The notes: generated by a model from the letters alone, not told the origin. A stretch of 64,000 bases of DNA from Malacoraja senta (GCA_038087875.1 CM075980.1:14198001-14262000), one strand, 5' to 3'; positions 25,716-39,012 are shown, counted from the stretch's first letter. Numbers and translations are program-made.

Positions 25716-28700
25716 AGCCAAATAAGTGACCAAAATTAAATATTTGTGTTACACTTTGTACATCCAAAACATGTTTTTGAAATGGATAGTTACAGATTGC
25801 ATATTTAGTTTTTCCATTTTATTTTTATTTTACATCTTATTTGAAAGACACCTCGGAAGAGCTGCAAGATAGATTGCTAATGTATTTACATTATATTTAT
25901 GGTATTGCTAACTATACCCAATACCTCTTTAAAGAACTTTTACCAGTAAAATAAAAAAAATAAAATTGGGATAATTTTTAACTGAAACATGTATATTTTT
26001 ATGAAACCGTGCTTGATCCGTAAGCAGATAGCATTATGAGTTTCACTGAAACCAATGATTTATTAACTTAAAAGTTCAGAGCATATAACTACAGTTAATC
26101 ATTTACCACAAAGTCATGGACAAAGTACTCATGGTTAAAGACTGCAGAAGTCCAATAAGCGAGTTCGGTATTCTGATGGGATTTGTCAAAGGTCACTCGC
26201 TATAAAGAAAAAGCGAACGAAGCGCTAGCTGCATAAGCTGTATGTAAATTCTTATCTTTATTCATGATTTATGTGTGAAAATATATTTAATCTGAGGAAC
26301 AGGGGTGCCAAGTAGCGGGAGAACGGGTGTAACAGCGAGAGAGAGGGGGCAGATGCCAGTGGGACACAGGGGAGAGCGCGCACAAACCTGCGCCTCATCC
26401 GTAGCCCGGGTCGAGCTCATGTCCCCAGCGTCGCGGCTGCTGCCAAGCCACTGCCGAGCCGCTGCTGGACCGCCTCCGGGTGTCCTGTCCCCGCCCAAAG
26501 GGCGGTCGGAGACGTCCGGGGCGACCCCGGAGTGGTGGCCCACAGGCCCGCAGCCGGCACGGGTGGGAGGCGCCTGCTCCAGCCCGGCCCAGCTCCTACT
26601 CCCGAGGAACCCATTCCTTTTCACCGGGGATGCTGCCTGTCCAGCCGAGCCGCCGCACCCCCCGCTCCACCCAGTGGCCACCGGCCAACCCTCCCTGCGC
26701 CGGTGGGGGCCGAGCGCCGGCTGTCGGCGGGGGTGCGGGGTGCTGTGGTGGCTCGGCTGGATGGGCAGCATCCCCGGAGAAAAGGAATGGGTGACGTTTC
26801 GGGTCGAGACCCTTCTCTGGAGATGTTGCCTGGCCCGCTGCGGCGTCCGTGTGCGTCCCCTCCAGCGCTCAGCCCCCACCGCCACCAAACCTCTTCATCT
26901 GAATCACAACACCCTCCACCAGCAGGGCCTTTGATGCCGGAAGATTACCAGCAGCTCCAGAGGAACTGATTGCCTATCCCAGCTCCGACTGACTCACTGT
27001 TTGTAATGACATGCTCTTCACTGGGGGGCAAACCCACGGCCACTGGACAAGGAGAGAGGCGCTGCTGGCCGTCCCCGGGAGCCGGAGCGAAGCCGGGCTA
27101 GAGCCGGCTACGAGCCCCCCGCGCCGGCTGCGAGCCTGGCCCGACACCTCCGGCCACCTCCAAACGGGCGCGGGACACCCGGGGGTGGGGGACGGGGACG
27201 GCCCAGCGGCGACCCCGACCCCGACCATGGATTCCGACCCGAAGTATAACGCACTCACTGAAACAAAGGTCTGATAACCAAAGATAACACACAGCAGATC
27301 CGCACCCTCCAATGTTTATCTCTAGTGGACCTATGACCTGGGCATGCGCAGTCGGAATACCAAACTCGCTTATTACACTGAAGACATTTATAACAACTGA
27401 GTTCAAAACGTTACACTTGTAGCACTAGTCATGGACATGCAGCTGTATAATAATGAGCAATGCTTGGACATTGTTTCTGTTTTATTTATGTACACTGTGA
27501 GGAAAAGAGCATTTTCCATATTTTCTCCTGATATCAAACACTGTCAGAAGGATGTTGATTGAGTGCTTTGCACAACAGTGGTAGGTGAATTAACATAATC
27601 CAACGTGAACCCAAGGAAAATTAATTACTTTTTATGGGGAACAGTTAGAAACCATTTCTAGGGAGACATTTTGCTGTCCAAACAGAGAAATTACAGAAAA
27701 CTATGGACATATACAAAATGTCCTGGAATTAATTAGTGCTGGGCTTTAAAGATATGCAGCAAAGATCTGAAAATAAATACAGTGGTTAATGGGACTAAAA
27801 TATGAGCTTTTTGCAAAGGGCTTGTAGTTCCTTGCATATGAAAATATAAGAGGTGATTATTTATGCAGTTTAACATGATCCTGCACCTGCACCTTCCACT
27901 CCAAATTCCATACAATATTAACCTGGAAATATATTGCTACTTCCTCGTCATTGTCTGGTATTACTATGGGAATAACTTTACACGGATTGCAATTAATTGA
28001 TGGAATTAAGGACGGGTCAATGAATGAATGTACTCTTTACCAGTGATGCACACATACTATAAATGAATAAATACGTTTTTTTGGGTAAATCGAGAAAAAT
28101 ATATAATCGTGACTGAATCCTTTACAAGAAGGAATAAAAATTAGACCTAGGCTGATCAAGTGTGATGTAAGAAAGCTCTTAGAGGTCATGGCATTATGCA
28201 GCACGGAAACAGGCCCTTTCACCTAACTCATCCATGCGACCAAGATGCCCCATCTACTCTCGTTCCAATTACCTGAATTTTAACCATATCCCTCTAGACC
28301 TTTCCTATCCATGTATCTGCCCAGGTGTCTTTTAAATACTGTTATATTACCTGCCTCAACTGCCTTCCATGACAGCTTGTTCCACATACCCATCACCCCC
28401 AAAGTGAATAGGGGCTGGTGGAATCAAGGGATGTGCGGAGAAGGCAGGCAGGGGTTATTGATTGGGGACGATCAGCCATGATCGCAATGAATGGCGGTGC
28501 TGGCTCGAAGGACCGAATGGCCTCCTCCTGCACCTATTTTCTATGTTTCTATGAAAAGGTTGCCCTTCAGGTTCCTATTATATCTTGCTCCTCTCACCTT
28601 AAACTTATGTCCTCTACTTTTTGATTCCCCTACTCTGGGATTATGGGTTAAGGAACCAAGGCGAGAAGCTGCAGTTAAGATACAGATTATCCATGTTCTG

Positions 28701-28967
28701 ACTGAATGGTGGAATTGTATCAAGGAGCTGAAAGACCTATGTCCATTCCCATACAATAGTAAAATGAGAGCTACTGCCTCATGTGAATATTTCAACACAA
28801 CTTGCATCGTCATTTTTCACTAGGTGGAGGAAAATAAAGAATGAAAAGTAAGATTTTGCCTTCACTCTTGTATCCCCCAGCTGCCTTCCAGTAAAGGACT
28901 CCAAATGAGAGAGGGAGAGTGGTCTTCAAAATGCTCAATTGTGTTTATTTTTTCACCTTCTCTCCAG

Positions 28968-29084
28968 TGGCATTCTGTCAGGACTTGGAAATGTTTTGTC
29001 TCAAGTGTTGGAGCAGCGTAGTAAGGGTCGAAGTATATTGAAGAATCTGAACTTTGGAGGTCCGATCAGATTTGGAGTATTTGG
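28968..29084 (+). CDS. PXMP2: PXMP2 exon 2 (GILSGLGNVLSQVLEQR...GGPIRFGVF)
   Basis: Pyrimidine tract plus cag acceptor, gtaaga donor; matches GILSALGNFLAQ...GGPLRYAVYG. Confidence 0.93.
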
Positions 29085-30204
29085 GTAAGAAAGCTCCAGA
29101 CTTTTTTTCACCATTTATCAATTCTACATTTACGTTTGTGTTTTATCTGACATATTGTCAACTTTATTGCAGTTATCGTTTGGTCACAATGCTACTACAT
29201 ATGCAGAATTCCATGTATAATAGTGATGTCTTGAGTGGCTGGGGTTATGGGTAATCCTGGGGACTGACTAGGTTGTGACATTGCAGTAATACACATTCTT
29301 GTATTTGCCTATTATATCCGTTATGCCTGCAGTCCTTTGACAATTGTTATGTTTGAATTATTCCCATTTTTAGCTTTTGTTTTGCAGGTGGTTTCAAGAT
29401 CATTGTAAGATATAGGTCAGGAGGGTAGAAAAACGGCCAGTGGATTTTCCAGCAAACTACCCACCACATGCAAATCATATTTAAAGACAATTGAAATGAA
29501 GACCGATAAATCCTATAATTCTTCATGTAAAGCAGTGTCTCTTGTTCTGATCTAAATTTCTTGCATTTAATCTCAATCCTTCTGCACCCAGTAACAGAGC
29601 AGTGCTACCCATTTATCTCATATTTAAACACTCTTCCATCCATGCACATTGTTGTTAAAGTCAAGGTCACCATGTAGCTATCTGGCTGAAATTATGGTAA
29701 TGTTAAAGATTATTTGTTACAATAATCAATTAGCGGATGTATGATGATCAGTGACGAACAATGATCTGGTAATAAATGATCTGGTATGATGTAAATATTT
29801 CAGGTAAATAGGAGATTGTTCAAGAATGCAAGAGCAGGGTGAAATGAAACATGAAGTAATCACTGGTGCTTGATATGACTGCTTTAGTTTATTATTAATG
29901 TCACATCTACGGAGATACAGTGAAATCATACCATGCACGAAGTTGTGCAAATGTGAAGATAAACAGAATGCAGCTTATAGTGTTTAGCTGCAGAGAAAGT
30001 GCAGGAAAAAAAAGCATAAGCACCACAATGAATTAGATGGGAAGATTGGGAATTCAAACTTAGTGTATAAGAAGTCTCTTCATGAGTCTGATAACAGCAG
30101 AGAACAAGCTGTTCCTGAATCTGGTGGTACGTGCTTCAAAGTTTTTGAATCTTCTGTCTGACGAGAGGGGTGAAGAGAGAATGACAAGGATGTGAATGAT
30201 ATAT

Positions 30205-30860
30205 AGAGTCATAGAGTCATATACATGGAAGCAGGATCTTCGGCCCAACTTACCCATGCTAACCAACATGCCCCATTTAGACTAGTTCCACCCGCTTGCA
30301 TTTGGCCCTCATCTTCCTAAATCTTTCCTATCCATGTACGTGTCCAAATGTATTTTAAATGTTGTTATAGTACTTGCCACAACTACCTCCTCTGGCAGCT
30401 AGTTCAATATACCGACCATCCTTTGAGTGAAAAAGTTGCCCCTTAGGTTCCTATTATTTTTTTCCCCCTCTCACCTTAAATCTATGTCTTCTGGTTCTTG
30501 AGTCTCCTACTCTGGGTAAAATGCTCTATGCATATACACTATCTATTCCCTTCATGATTTTATACATCTCTATATGATCACCCCTCATCCTCCTGCGGTC
30601 CAAGGAATAAACTCAGCCTGCTTAACCTCTCCCTATAGCTCAGACCCTCAGGTTCTGGCACCATCTTCATAAATTTTCTCTCCACCCTTTCCAGCTGAAC
30701 AACATCTTTCATATAACAGTGTGACCAAAACTGAACACAATACTCCAAATGTGGCTTCATTAGCACCTTGTATATCTGTAACCTAACATCCCAACTACTC
30801 TACTCAAAACCCTGACTGATGAAGCCTAACAAGCCAAAAACCTTCTAGACCATCTTATGT
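30205..30860 (-). mobile_element. CR1 fragment adjoining the Tc1
   Basis: KPHLEYCVQFWS...LSYRERL. Confidence 0.8.
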
Positions 30861-30861
30861 A

Positions 30862-32504
30862 CAGTACCCTCGATAATGTCTGGGACAAAGACCCATAATT
30901 TATTTATTTGCCTCTGAACTCCACAATTTGAGATTTGTAACAGAAAAAAATCACATGGTTAAAGTGCACATTGTCAGATATTAATAAAGGCCTTTTTATA
31001 CATTTTGGTTTCACCATGTAGAAATTACGGCAGTGTTTATACATAGCCCCCCCATTTCAGGGCACCATAATGTTTGGGACACAGCAATGTCATATAAATG
31101 AAAGTAGTCATGTTTAGTATTTTGTTGCATATCCTTTGCATACAATGACTGCTTAAAGTCTGCGATTCATGGACATCACCAGTTGCTGGGTGTCTTCTCT
31201 GGTGATGCTCTGCCAGGCCTGTATTGCAGCCATCTTTAGGTTATGCTTGTTTTGGGGGCTAGTCCCCTTCAGTTTTGTCTTCAGCATATAAAAGGCCAGC
31301 TCAATTGGGTTCAGATCGGGTGATTGACTTGGCTTCTCAAGAATTTACCATTTTTTAGCTATGAAAATCTCCTTTGTTGCTTTAACAGTATGTTTGGGGT
31401 CATTGTCTTGCTGTAGAATGAACCTCCGGCCAATAAGTTTGGAGGCATTTGTTTGAATTTGAGCAGATGGGATGTGTCTATACTCTTTAGAATTCATTAT
31501 GCTACAAACATCAGCAGTTGTATCATCGTTGAAGATAAGTGAGCCAGTACCTTCAGCAGCCATACATGCCCAGGCCATAACACCCCCACCACTATGTTTC
31601 ACAGATGAGGTGGTATGCTTTGGATCTTGGGCAGTTCCTTCTCTCCTTCATACTTTGCTCTTGTCATCACTCTGATATAAATTAACCTTTGTCTCATCTG
31701 TCCACAAGACCTTTTTCCAGAACGGTGGTTGCTCTTTTAAGTACTTCTTGGCAAACTGTAACCCAGCCATCCTATTATGTGGCTAATATGTTCAAATTCA
31801 AAGGTTTGCATTTGAAGTGTAGCCTCTGTATTTCTGTCCATGAAGCTTCTGCAGACAGTGGTCATTGACAAATCCACACCATACTCCTGAAGAGTGTTTC
31901 TGATCTGTGGGACAGGTGTTTGGGGATTTTTCTTTATTATAGAGAGAATACTTCTGTCATCAGCTGTGGAGGTCTTCCTTGGCCTGCCAGTCCCTTTGCG
32001 ATTAGTGAGCTCACCAGTGCTCTCTTTCTTCTTAATTATGTTTCAAACAGTTAATTTTGGTAAGCCTAAGGGTTGGCTGTCTCTAACAGTTTTATTCTTG
32101 TTTCTCAGCCTCATAATGGCTTCCTTGACTTTTATTGGCACAACTTTGGTCCTCATGTTGATAAACAGCAATAAAAGTTTCCAAAGGTAATGGAAAGACT
32201 GGAGGAAAGACTAGGTGCTGAGAGCTCTCTTATACCTGTATTAAGGAGGCAATTAAACACACTGAGCAATTACAAACGCCTGTGAAGCCATGTGTCCCAA
32301 ACATTATGGTGCCCTGAAATGGGGAGACTATTTATAAACACTGCATGGTGAAACCAAAATGTATAAAAATGGCCTTTATTAAAATCTGACAATGTGCACT
32401 TTAACCACATGTGATTTTTTTTCTATTACAAATCTCAAATTGTGGCGTACAGAGGCAAATAAATAAATGATGGATCTTTGTCCCAAACATTATGGAGGGC
32501 ACTG
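30862..32504 (-). mobile_element. Tc1 transposon, IR/DR type, full length with decayed transposase (~31114-32156)
   Basis: ~220-bp ITRs starting CAGT with inner direct repeat ccataatgtttgggaca; TA target duplications; KHSGGGVMAW and QQDNDPKHT motifs. Confidence 0.93.
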
Positions 32505-32929
32505 TACTTTATCTTATATTGCAGTCGTTGGAGACATGCCAAATTTATTTTGTCTTCAGATGAGGTTGTGTGCTCTCCTAGCCATAACTCTCTCCATCGC
32601 ACAAGATTAAACTAGTTTAGCGAATTGAACTTCCTTTACTGAGCAGCCATACAATGGTGCTGAATGGTGTTGATACCCAAACCACTTCCTTAAACTATGA
32701 TACATATTGATGATCCACCTTCCCTTGGAACCAACCAACATCCTTTTATTTTGATCAGCAAAACATAATTATATAAATCTGGGTCCCTGCCTTGATGTGG
32801 GATATACACTTATTTCCTTTGTCTCTTACAGCGGAAATGCATAAAAGCTGCTTAAGGTGTCAAAGGTCATATTTCAAATAATTGAAAGGAGTATTCTCCA
32901 ATTATAGGAGTTGCTTCAAATCTAGTAGA

Positions 32930-35100
32930 TAGACTCAAAAAGCTGGAGTAACTGCGTTTCATACAGCATCTCTGGAAAAAAGGAATAGGTGATGTCTGAA
33001 AAAGGGTCTCAACCCAAAACGTCACCTATTTCTCCAGGGAAGCTGTGTGACCCGCTGAGTTACTCCAGCTTTTTTGTGTCTACGGTTTAAACCAGCATCT
33101 GCAGTTCCTTCCTGAGGCTGTGAGGTTCCCTGGTAGGCTGACTGTTGGCTAGAGACGGGTGTGAGCCCAAGAGGGATACATAGTTGTGAATTGTGGAACT
33201 AGTTAACCAACTTTTAGGGGGGGAAAGGGGGAGGGGAGTAACATATTTGTAGACGTTACATAAAATTGGGGAATTCAACGTTCATACTGTTGAGCTGTAG
33301 GCGACCCCAGCAAAATATGAGGTGCTGTTCCCTCCAATTTGTGTGCTGCATCACTCTGGTAATCGAGGAAGCCCAGGATAAAAAAGCAGTATGGGAATGG
33401 GAAGGGGAGTTAAAGTGGTTAGCAACAAGGAGATCAATTGGGACTTGGTGGACCAAGCGCAACTGTTCAGCGAAACGGTTGCTGTATCTTCGCTTGGTCT
33501 CATTGATGTACAGGAACCACATCGGGAACTCTGGGTGCAGCAGATGAGGTTACAGGAGGTGCATGTGAATCTCTGTCTCAACTGGAAGCACTGCTGGGGT
33601 CCCTGGATGGAAGTGAGGGAGGAGGTATAAGAGCAAGTGTTACATCTCCTGTGGTTGCAGGAAATGGTACCTAGAGAGGGGTTGTTTTGAGTGGGAAGGG
33701 ATGTGAACTAAGGAGTTGCGGAGGGAGTAGTCTCTACAGAAGGTGGAAAGAGGTGGAGAAGGCAAGATGTGATTAATGGTGAAATTACAATCACAATAAT
33801 ACTTTATTAGCCAAGTATGTTTTGCAACATACGAGGAATTTCATTTGCCAAGTCAGTCTTACAAATAAAAAGCAACGAAACACACAAAATGCATTTTAAC
33901 ATAAACATCCACCACAGTGCCTCCTCCATATTCCTCACTGTGATGGAAGGCAAAAAAAAGTTTAGATCTCTTCCCTTCTTTGCTCTCCCACGGTCGGGGG
34001 CCTCAAGCCCTCCGTTGACGGGATGATCTTGACTCCCGCAGCCGGCGGCGTTTAGGCCCTCCGCATCGGGGCGATCAAGCCTCCGCATCGGGGGAATGTC
34101 AGCTCCCACGTGCCGGGCGATCGGACCCCGGGTTGGGGCTGGTTGAGCCTCTGCGTCGTTGGAGCTTCCCGACTCGGCCTCTCCCGGGACTGCGAGCTCT
34201 TGATGGTACGTCCATAGGCCGGAGCGATCCGAGGCAAGGGATCGGCTCCGATGATAAGTCCACGCTCCGCAGTGGGGCTCAAGTCAGTCCGAGGAGGCCT
34301 GCAGCCCCATCGATGGTAGACCGCAGAGCGACCGGAGATGCAACCCGGAAAATATTCGCATCTCCGGCAAGCTAAGAGATTGAAAAACAAAGTTCCCCCC
34401 GACCCCCTCCCCCTCCCCCTTCCACCACATAGATCAAACCGGAGAACATTTACACAGACTTTTAACACACACTAAAAATAAAAAAAAGATGAAAAAACAG
34501 AGAGACTGTTGGCGGGGCTGCCAATCGTGCGGCTCCCCTGTTGGAGTTAACAGAAATGTCTGAGGATGATGTGTTGGATGCAGAAACACCCTTTCCCATT
34601 CCCACACTGACTTTTCTTCCCTGGGCCTCCACTGCCAGAGTGAGGCTGCATTAACATTGGAGGAACAGCACCTCATATTTTGTTTGGGTAGCTTACAACC
34701 CAATGGTATGAAGGTAGAATTCTCCAAATTTAGGTAACTTCAACAGATAACTCCCCCCCTCACCCCCCTCCCCCTCCCCCCCTCCTCCACTAAAAGTTGG
34801 TTAATTAATTTCACAGTTCGGAACTATGTATTCCTCTTGGTCTCTCACCTGTCTCCAGCCAACTGTCAGACTATCGGTAAACGGCCTTGCCTGAGTTCTT
34901 CTGTTACCAGCCCCGATTTGTCCTGCTTTTTTCACTTCCAGTTCTTTCTCCCACTCCCTACAAATTCATTCCAAAGAAGGGACCTGAGCTGAAATGTCAC
35001 CTATCCGTTTTCTCCAGAGATGCTGCCTGATCTGCTGAGTTACTCCAGCACTTTGTGTCTAGCTTTGGTATAAATCAGCATCTGCAGTTCCTTTTTATTA
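32930..35100. mobile_element. Penelope-like element remnants (minus ~33250-33780, plus ~34590-35100) flanking a GC-rich SINE-like insert (~33790-34545)
   Basis: LYINETKRR...RFAEQL...VANHFNSPSHSH...EQHLIF GIY-YIG motifs; inverted partial duplication typical of Penelope elements. Confidence 0.75.
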
Positions 35101-35850
35101 CATTTTGTCTGTAGTTTTTGTTTTCAGTATGTGATCACGATTTTCTTTACTAAATACTTGTTTTCATTGCACATTGTTTTCCTGTAAAATGTTGCTTCCC
35201 ATCTGTTAGCCCCACAGATTCATATTTTCTGTGCTCTTCTGTCCAATGTGTGCACTTTAAGGCTGGTCTTGCCAGTACATCTGGGAATACCAATGAAAAT
35301 TGCACAACAGACATCATCAAACACAATGGTCAACCAACAACGATGCTTTTGAACTGAGCTTTAGATTTCAAAAGCTATTCATCAACATAGTTGTTTTCAC
35401 CTCTGCAGCTTTACCCATTTGTATCTCAGCTCATCACCACAGGATAGTGCGTAGTATCTAGAGCTCTAGGGGCCAGCAGAATCAAGGGATATTGGGAGAA
35501 GGCAGGCACGGGTTACTGATTGTGGATGTTCAGTTATGATCACAATGCATGACAGTGCTGGCTCGTAGGGCCAAATGGCCGCCTCCTGCACCTCTTTTCT
35601 ATGTTTCTATGTTTCTCTGGTGTTTATTTGGAAACTGTTAAATTCTATCTTGTTTGGTCATTGCTTCAGTTATTTGTTGAGAAAATACTTGAACCATTAA
35701 TTATCTCTGCATCTCCTTGCCACAGATGGACGACTTCCTGTCATAAAAATTGTACAAACTTTTATTGTTAAAGATGAATAAGAAAGAATATAAATATTTC
35801 AGGTTACTTTACTTCAAAAAAGTGTTTGTCCATTTCATTTTGTGTTTCAG

Positions 35851-36013
35851 ATTGGTCTTCACGGGCCCTCTAAGTCATTACTTCTATCTTTATCTCGATA
35901 AATTGATTCCGTCCAATGTTCCCTACTCCCAAATAAAGAGACTGCTGCTGGACCGACTGATGTTTGCCCCAGCATTCCTTGCTCTTTTTTTCACAGTGAT
36001 TACTCTACTTGAG
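35851..36013 (+). CDS. PXMP2: PXMP2 exon 3 (LVFTGPLSHYFY...RLLLDRLMFAPAF...LLE)
   Basis: 163 bp, protein match, AG/GT boundaries. Confidence 0.96.
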
Positions 36014-36949
36014 GTGGGTCCTACTAATTGTTATGATGCCAGATAGATATTATGGGATGCATCCAGTGAATTGGCCTCCACTACCTGCATTTGGAACAAA
36101 CGCAAAACAAAAGAGCGGAAGGAAGATGTGAGACAGGTTTGAAGAGTTGCGGATTGTAATCCCAGAGGGAGGAAATTGGTAGGTGGGGTGAGTGGAGGGA
36201 AGAAATGTGTGAGTCTAGGTTTGGCACAGGGAAGGGAAGGGAAAGATAGGGGATGGGGGTTGAGGGAGAAAATGAGGGGTGTTTTGAGAGTTTACCTAAA
36301 ATTGGAGAATTCAGTGATCATACCCATTGGGTTGCAAGCTGCCCAAGAAGAATACATATTTAAAGAATACCCTTCTACACTGAAGAAGGGTCTCGACCTG
36401 AAACAACATCAATCCATGTTCTCCAGGGATGCTGCCCAACCTGCTGAGTTACTCTGCCACTTTGTGTTCTTTTGTGTATTAACCAGCATCTGCAGTTCTT
36501 TGTTTCTTCATATTGTGCGGTAATTGTCATTCTTGACAAGCAAATGTTGTAAAAGAATAGCTGACAAAATCTTTATGGTATGGAGTTATAAGATATCACA
36601 TAGTGAAGCTGTAGACCCTCTGTTAAAAAGAACAATTACTCAGACCTTAAGAAGGAGCACATGACTTTTTTCATTGAACACCAAAATAGTAAATCCTAAA
36701 TTTAACAATGTAACAAATTAATAATGCACACCAACTCATTCATCATCCTGCCAAGTCCAGTTATAATGCTCACAGACGCTGCAGGAACAGTTTTTGCATA
36801 TATATTTTCAATTTCCTTAACAGTGATCCATGTAACGAAGCAATACTTAAATGCATTTAAACATTTAAAAGCATATTTAAAAGCACTGTAAGATTAGCAG
36901 AAAGTATTTAGAATTTGTTCAAGATAGTTCTCGAATGGCAATTAGTCAT

Positions 36950-37630
36950 AATCACACAGCACAGTAGCAGGTTCTTAGGCCCAACTCGCCCATGCCATCC
37001 AAGAAGCCTCATCTACGCTGGTCCCACCTGTTTGGCCCAATATCTATATACTATTAAAGTGTGTGGGTGTGTGTGTTTTTTTTATTTTTCTGTGAAAAAG
37101 TTGCTCCTCAGGTTGCTATTACATTCTTTCCCTCTCACAAATCTATGTCCTCTGTTTCTTGATTTCCCCTATTCTGAGTAAAAGTCTCTGTGCATTCACC
37201 CTATCTATTCTCCTCGTGATTTTATACACCACTATAAGATCACTACTCAGTTTCCTGTGCTCCAAGGAATAAAGTCTTAGCTTGATCAACCTCTCCCTAG
37301 AGGTCAGGCCATCTAGCCCTGGCAGCATCTTGTAAATCTTATGTGCACTCTTTCCAGCTTAATGAAATCCTTACTGCAGCAGGGTAAACAAAACTGAATA
37401 CAGTACTCCAAAACAATCTCACCAACATGTTGTGCAACTATAACATAACATAACTTCCCAACTTCTGTACCCAATACCCTGGCTGTAGAAGGCCAATGTA
37501 CCGAAAGCCTTCTTGACCATTCTACATGTTATGCCACTTGCAGGGAACTCTGTACCTGTACTCCAAGATCCTCCCCTCGCTCGCACTCCCCAGGGCCCTG
37601 GCATTCACTGTGAAGGTGTTGCCCTTGTTT
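36950..37630 (-). mobile_element. CR1 fragment
   Basis: VKKAFGTLAF, LYSLEHRKL. Confidence 0.75.
37043..37078 (+). mobile_element. Short Helitron 5'-end remnant
   Basis: A|TCTATATACTATTAAAGTGTGTG interrupting a CR1 fragment. Confidence 0.4.
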
Positions 37631-38191
37631 AACTCAGTGGGTTAGCATCTGTGCATGGAAATGGACAGATGATGTTCTGGGTCAGGATCTTTTGGCGACC
37701 AAACCTGCTGAGTTCCTACAGCAGTTTGTGTTTTTACTCAAGATTCCAGCATCTGCAGTCTTTTATATCGATATTTAATTATTTTTTAATGTATTCTTGT
37801 TTAGTTGACAGCAATGCGATCTTTAGATTGTGAATTCGAACCTGTGTAATAGTGCAGTGAAGGTTGGCACATTGACACTACATTGCTGAGGGTGGTGTTA
37901 AAGCATTTGTCTGGTTGTTTCATTGACTTGCATGGTTATGAAAGATTCCATGGAACTACATGTAAAAAAACAAGGAGTTTTGCAGGTGTTCTGCCCAAAA
38001 TTCTCTAATCAGTTTTACTTGTTTAGTGTATTGATGATGTGGAATACTACCTTGCCTGTGAATGAGCAAAAGTCACTGGAATAGTAATTATTTTTTTAGG
38101 ATGCTGTGTGGTGACTTACTTTGCTATATATCATTTGGCTATAATGAGCCAAATAAATTAACTAATGTGATCAAAAATATGTCTGAAATAG

Positions 38192-38311
38192 GGAAAGAAC
38201 TTGAAGGCATTAAAGGAGAAGATGCAGACTGGATACTGGATAGCTCTGAAAATGAATTGGAAAGTTTGGACCATCTTTCAGTACATTAACCTTAATTATG
38301 TGCCTGTTCAG
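38192..38311 (+). CDS. PXMP2: PXMP2 exon 4 (GKNLKALKEKMQTGYWIALKMNWKVWTIFQYINLNYVPVQ)
   Basis: 120 bp, hand translation in a frame different from the listed ORF; NWxVW...Q.IN..YVP motif. Confidence 0.94.
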
Positions 38312-39012
38312 GTAAAGTAAATTTGCTGACTGGTATGATGTCTGAATGTTTTGCCTGGACCACATTGAGCACTGTCAATATGTCGGAGCAGCCATTTTCA
38401 AGATACACTTGTATAATCCCATAAACTTTCAGAATCATTAAGCATTGTTGTTGGTAAGAATGGTAATGCATCAGCAACTCCATATTCAACTCAACTGTCT
38501 TAAATCCCACCAGTCAGTTACAGTGCTTGCATATTTTGGATGACTCGAGAGCACAGCCCTGAAAGTTAAAGAAAGCAGAACTAGCTTCTATGCACTCTTG
38601 TAACAATGTTTGCATTTGGGTTCCAGAGAGCTTGGTACACAGTCTTTAGGTATCTGTATTATATGTTAACTCAAACTAAAATGCCAGGGGCAAAAAGCTT
38701 GTAGATGATTCAAAAACTGGACGAATGTTTGGCAGTGCCAAAGAGTCATAAAGTGTGGAAACAGGCCCTTCGGCATAACTTTCCAATGCCGACCAATAAG
38801 CCCAATCTACACTAGTCCCACTTGCCTGCATTTGTTCATATCCCCCTAAACCTCTTATCCATGTACTTGTCCAAATGATTTTTAAATGTTGTGATAGTAT
38901 CTGCCTCAACTACCTCTTCTGGCAGCTCCTTCCATGTACCTACCACCCGTTGTGTAAAAAAAAAGTTGCCCCTTGGGTTCCTATTGAATCTTTACCCCTC
39001 ACCATAAATCTA

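Noticed and set aside
26262-26969. ORFs of 145-209 aa on both strands
   Set aside because: GC-rich and partly made of repeat fragments; no homology recognised
38062-38289. 75-aa ORF in PXMP2
   Set aside because: Wrong frame; the true exon 4 is 38192-38311 in another frame
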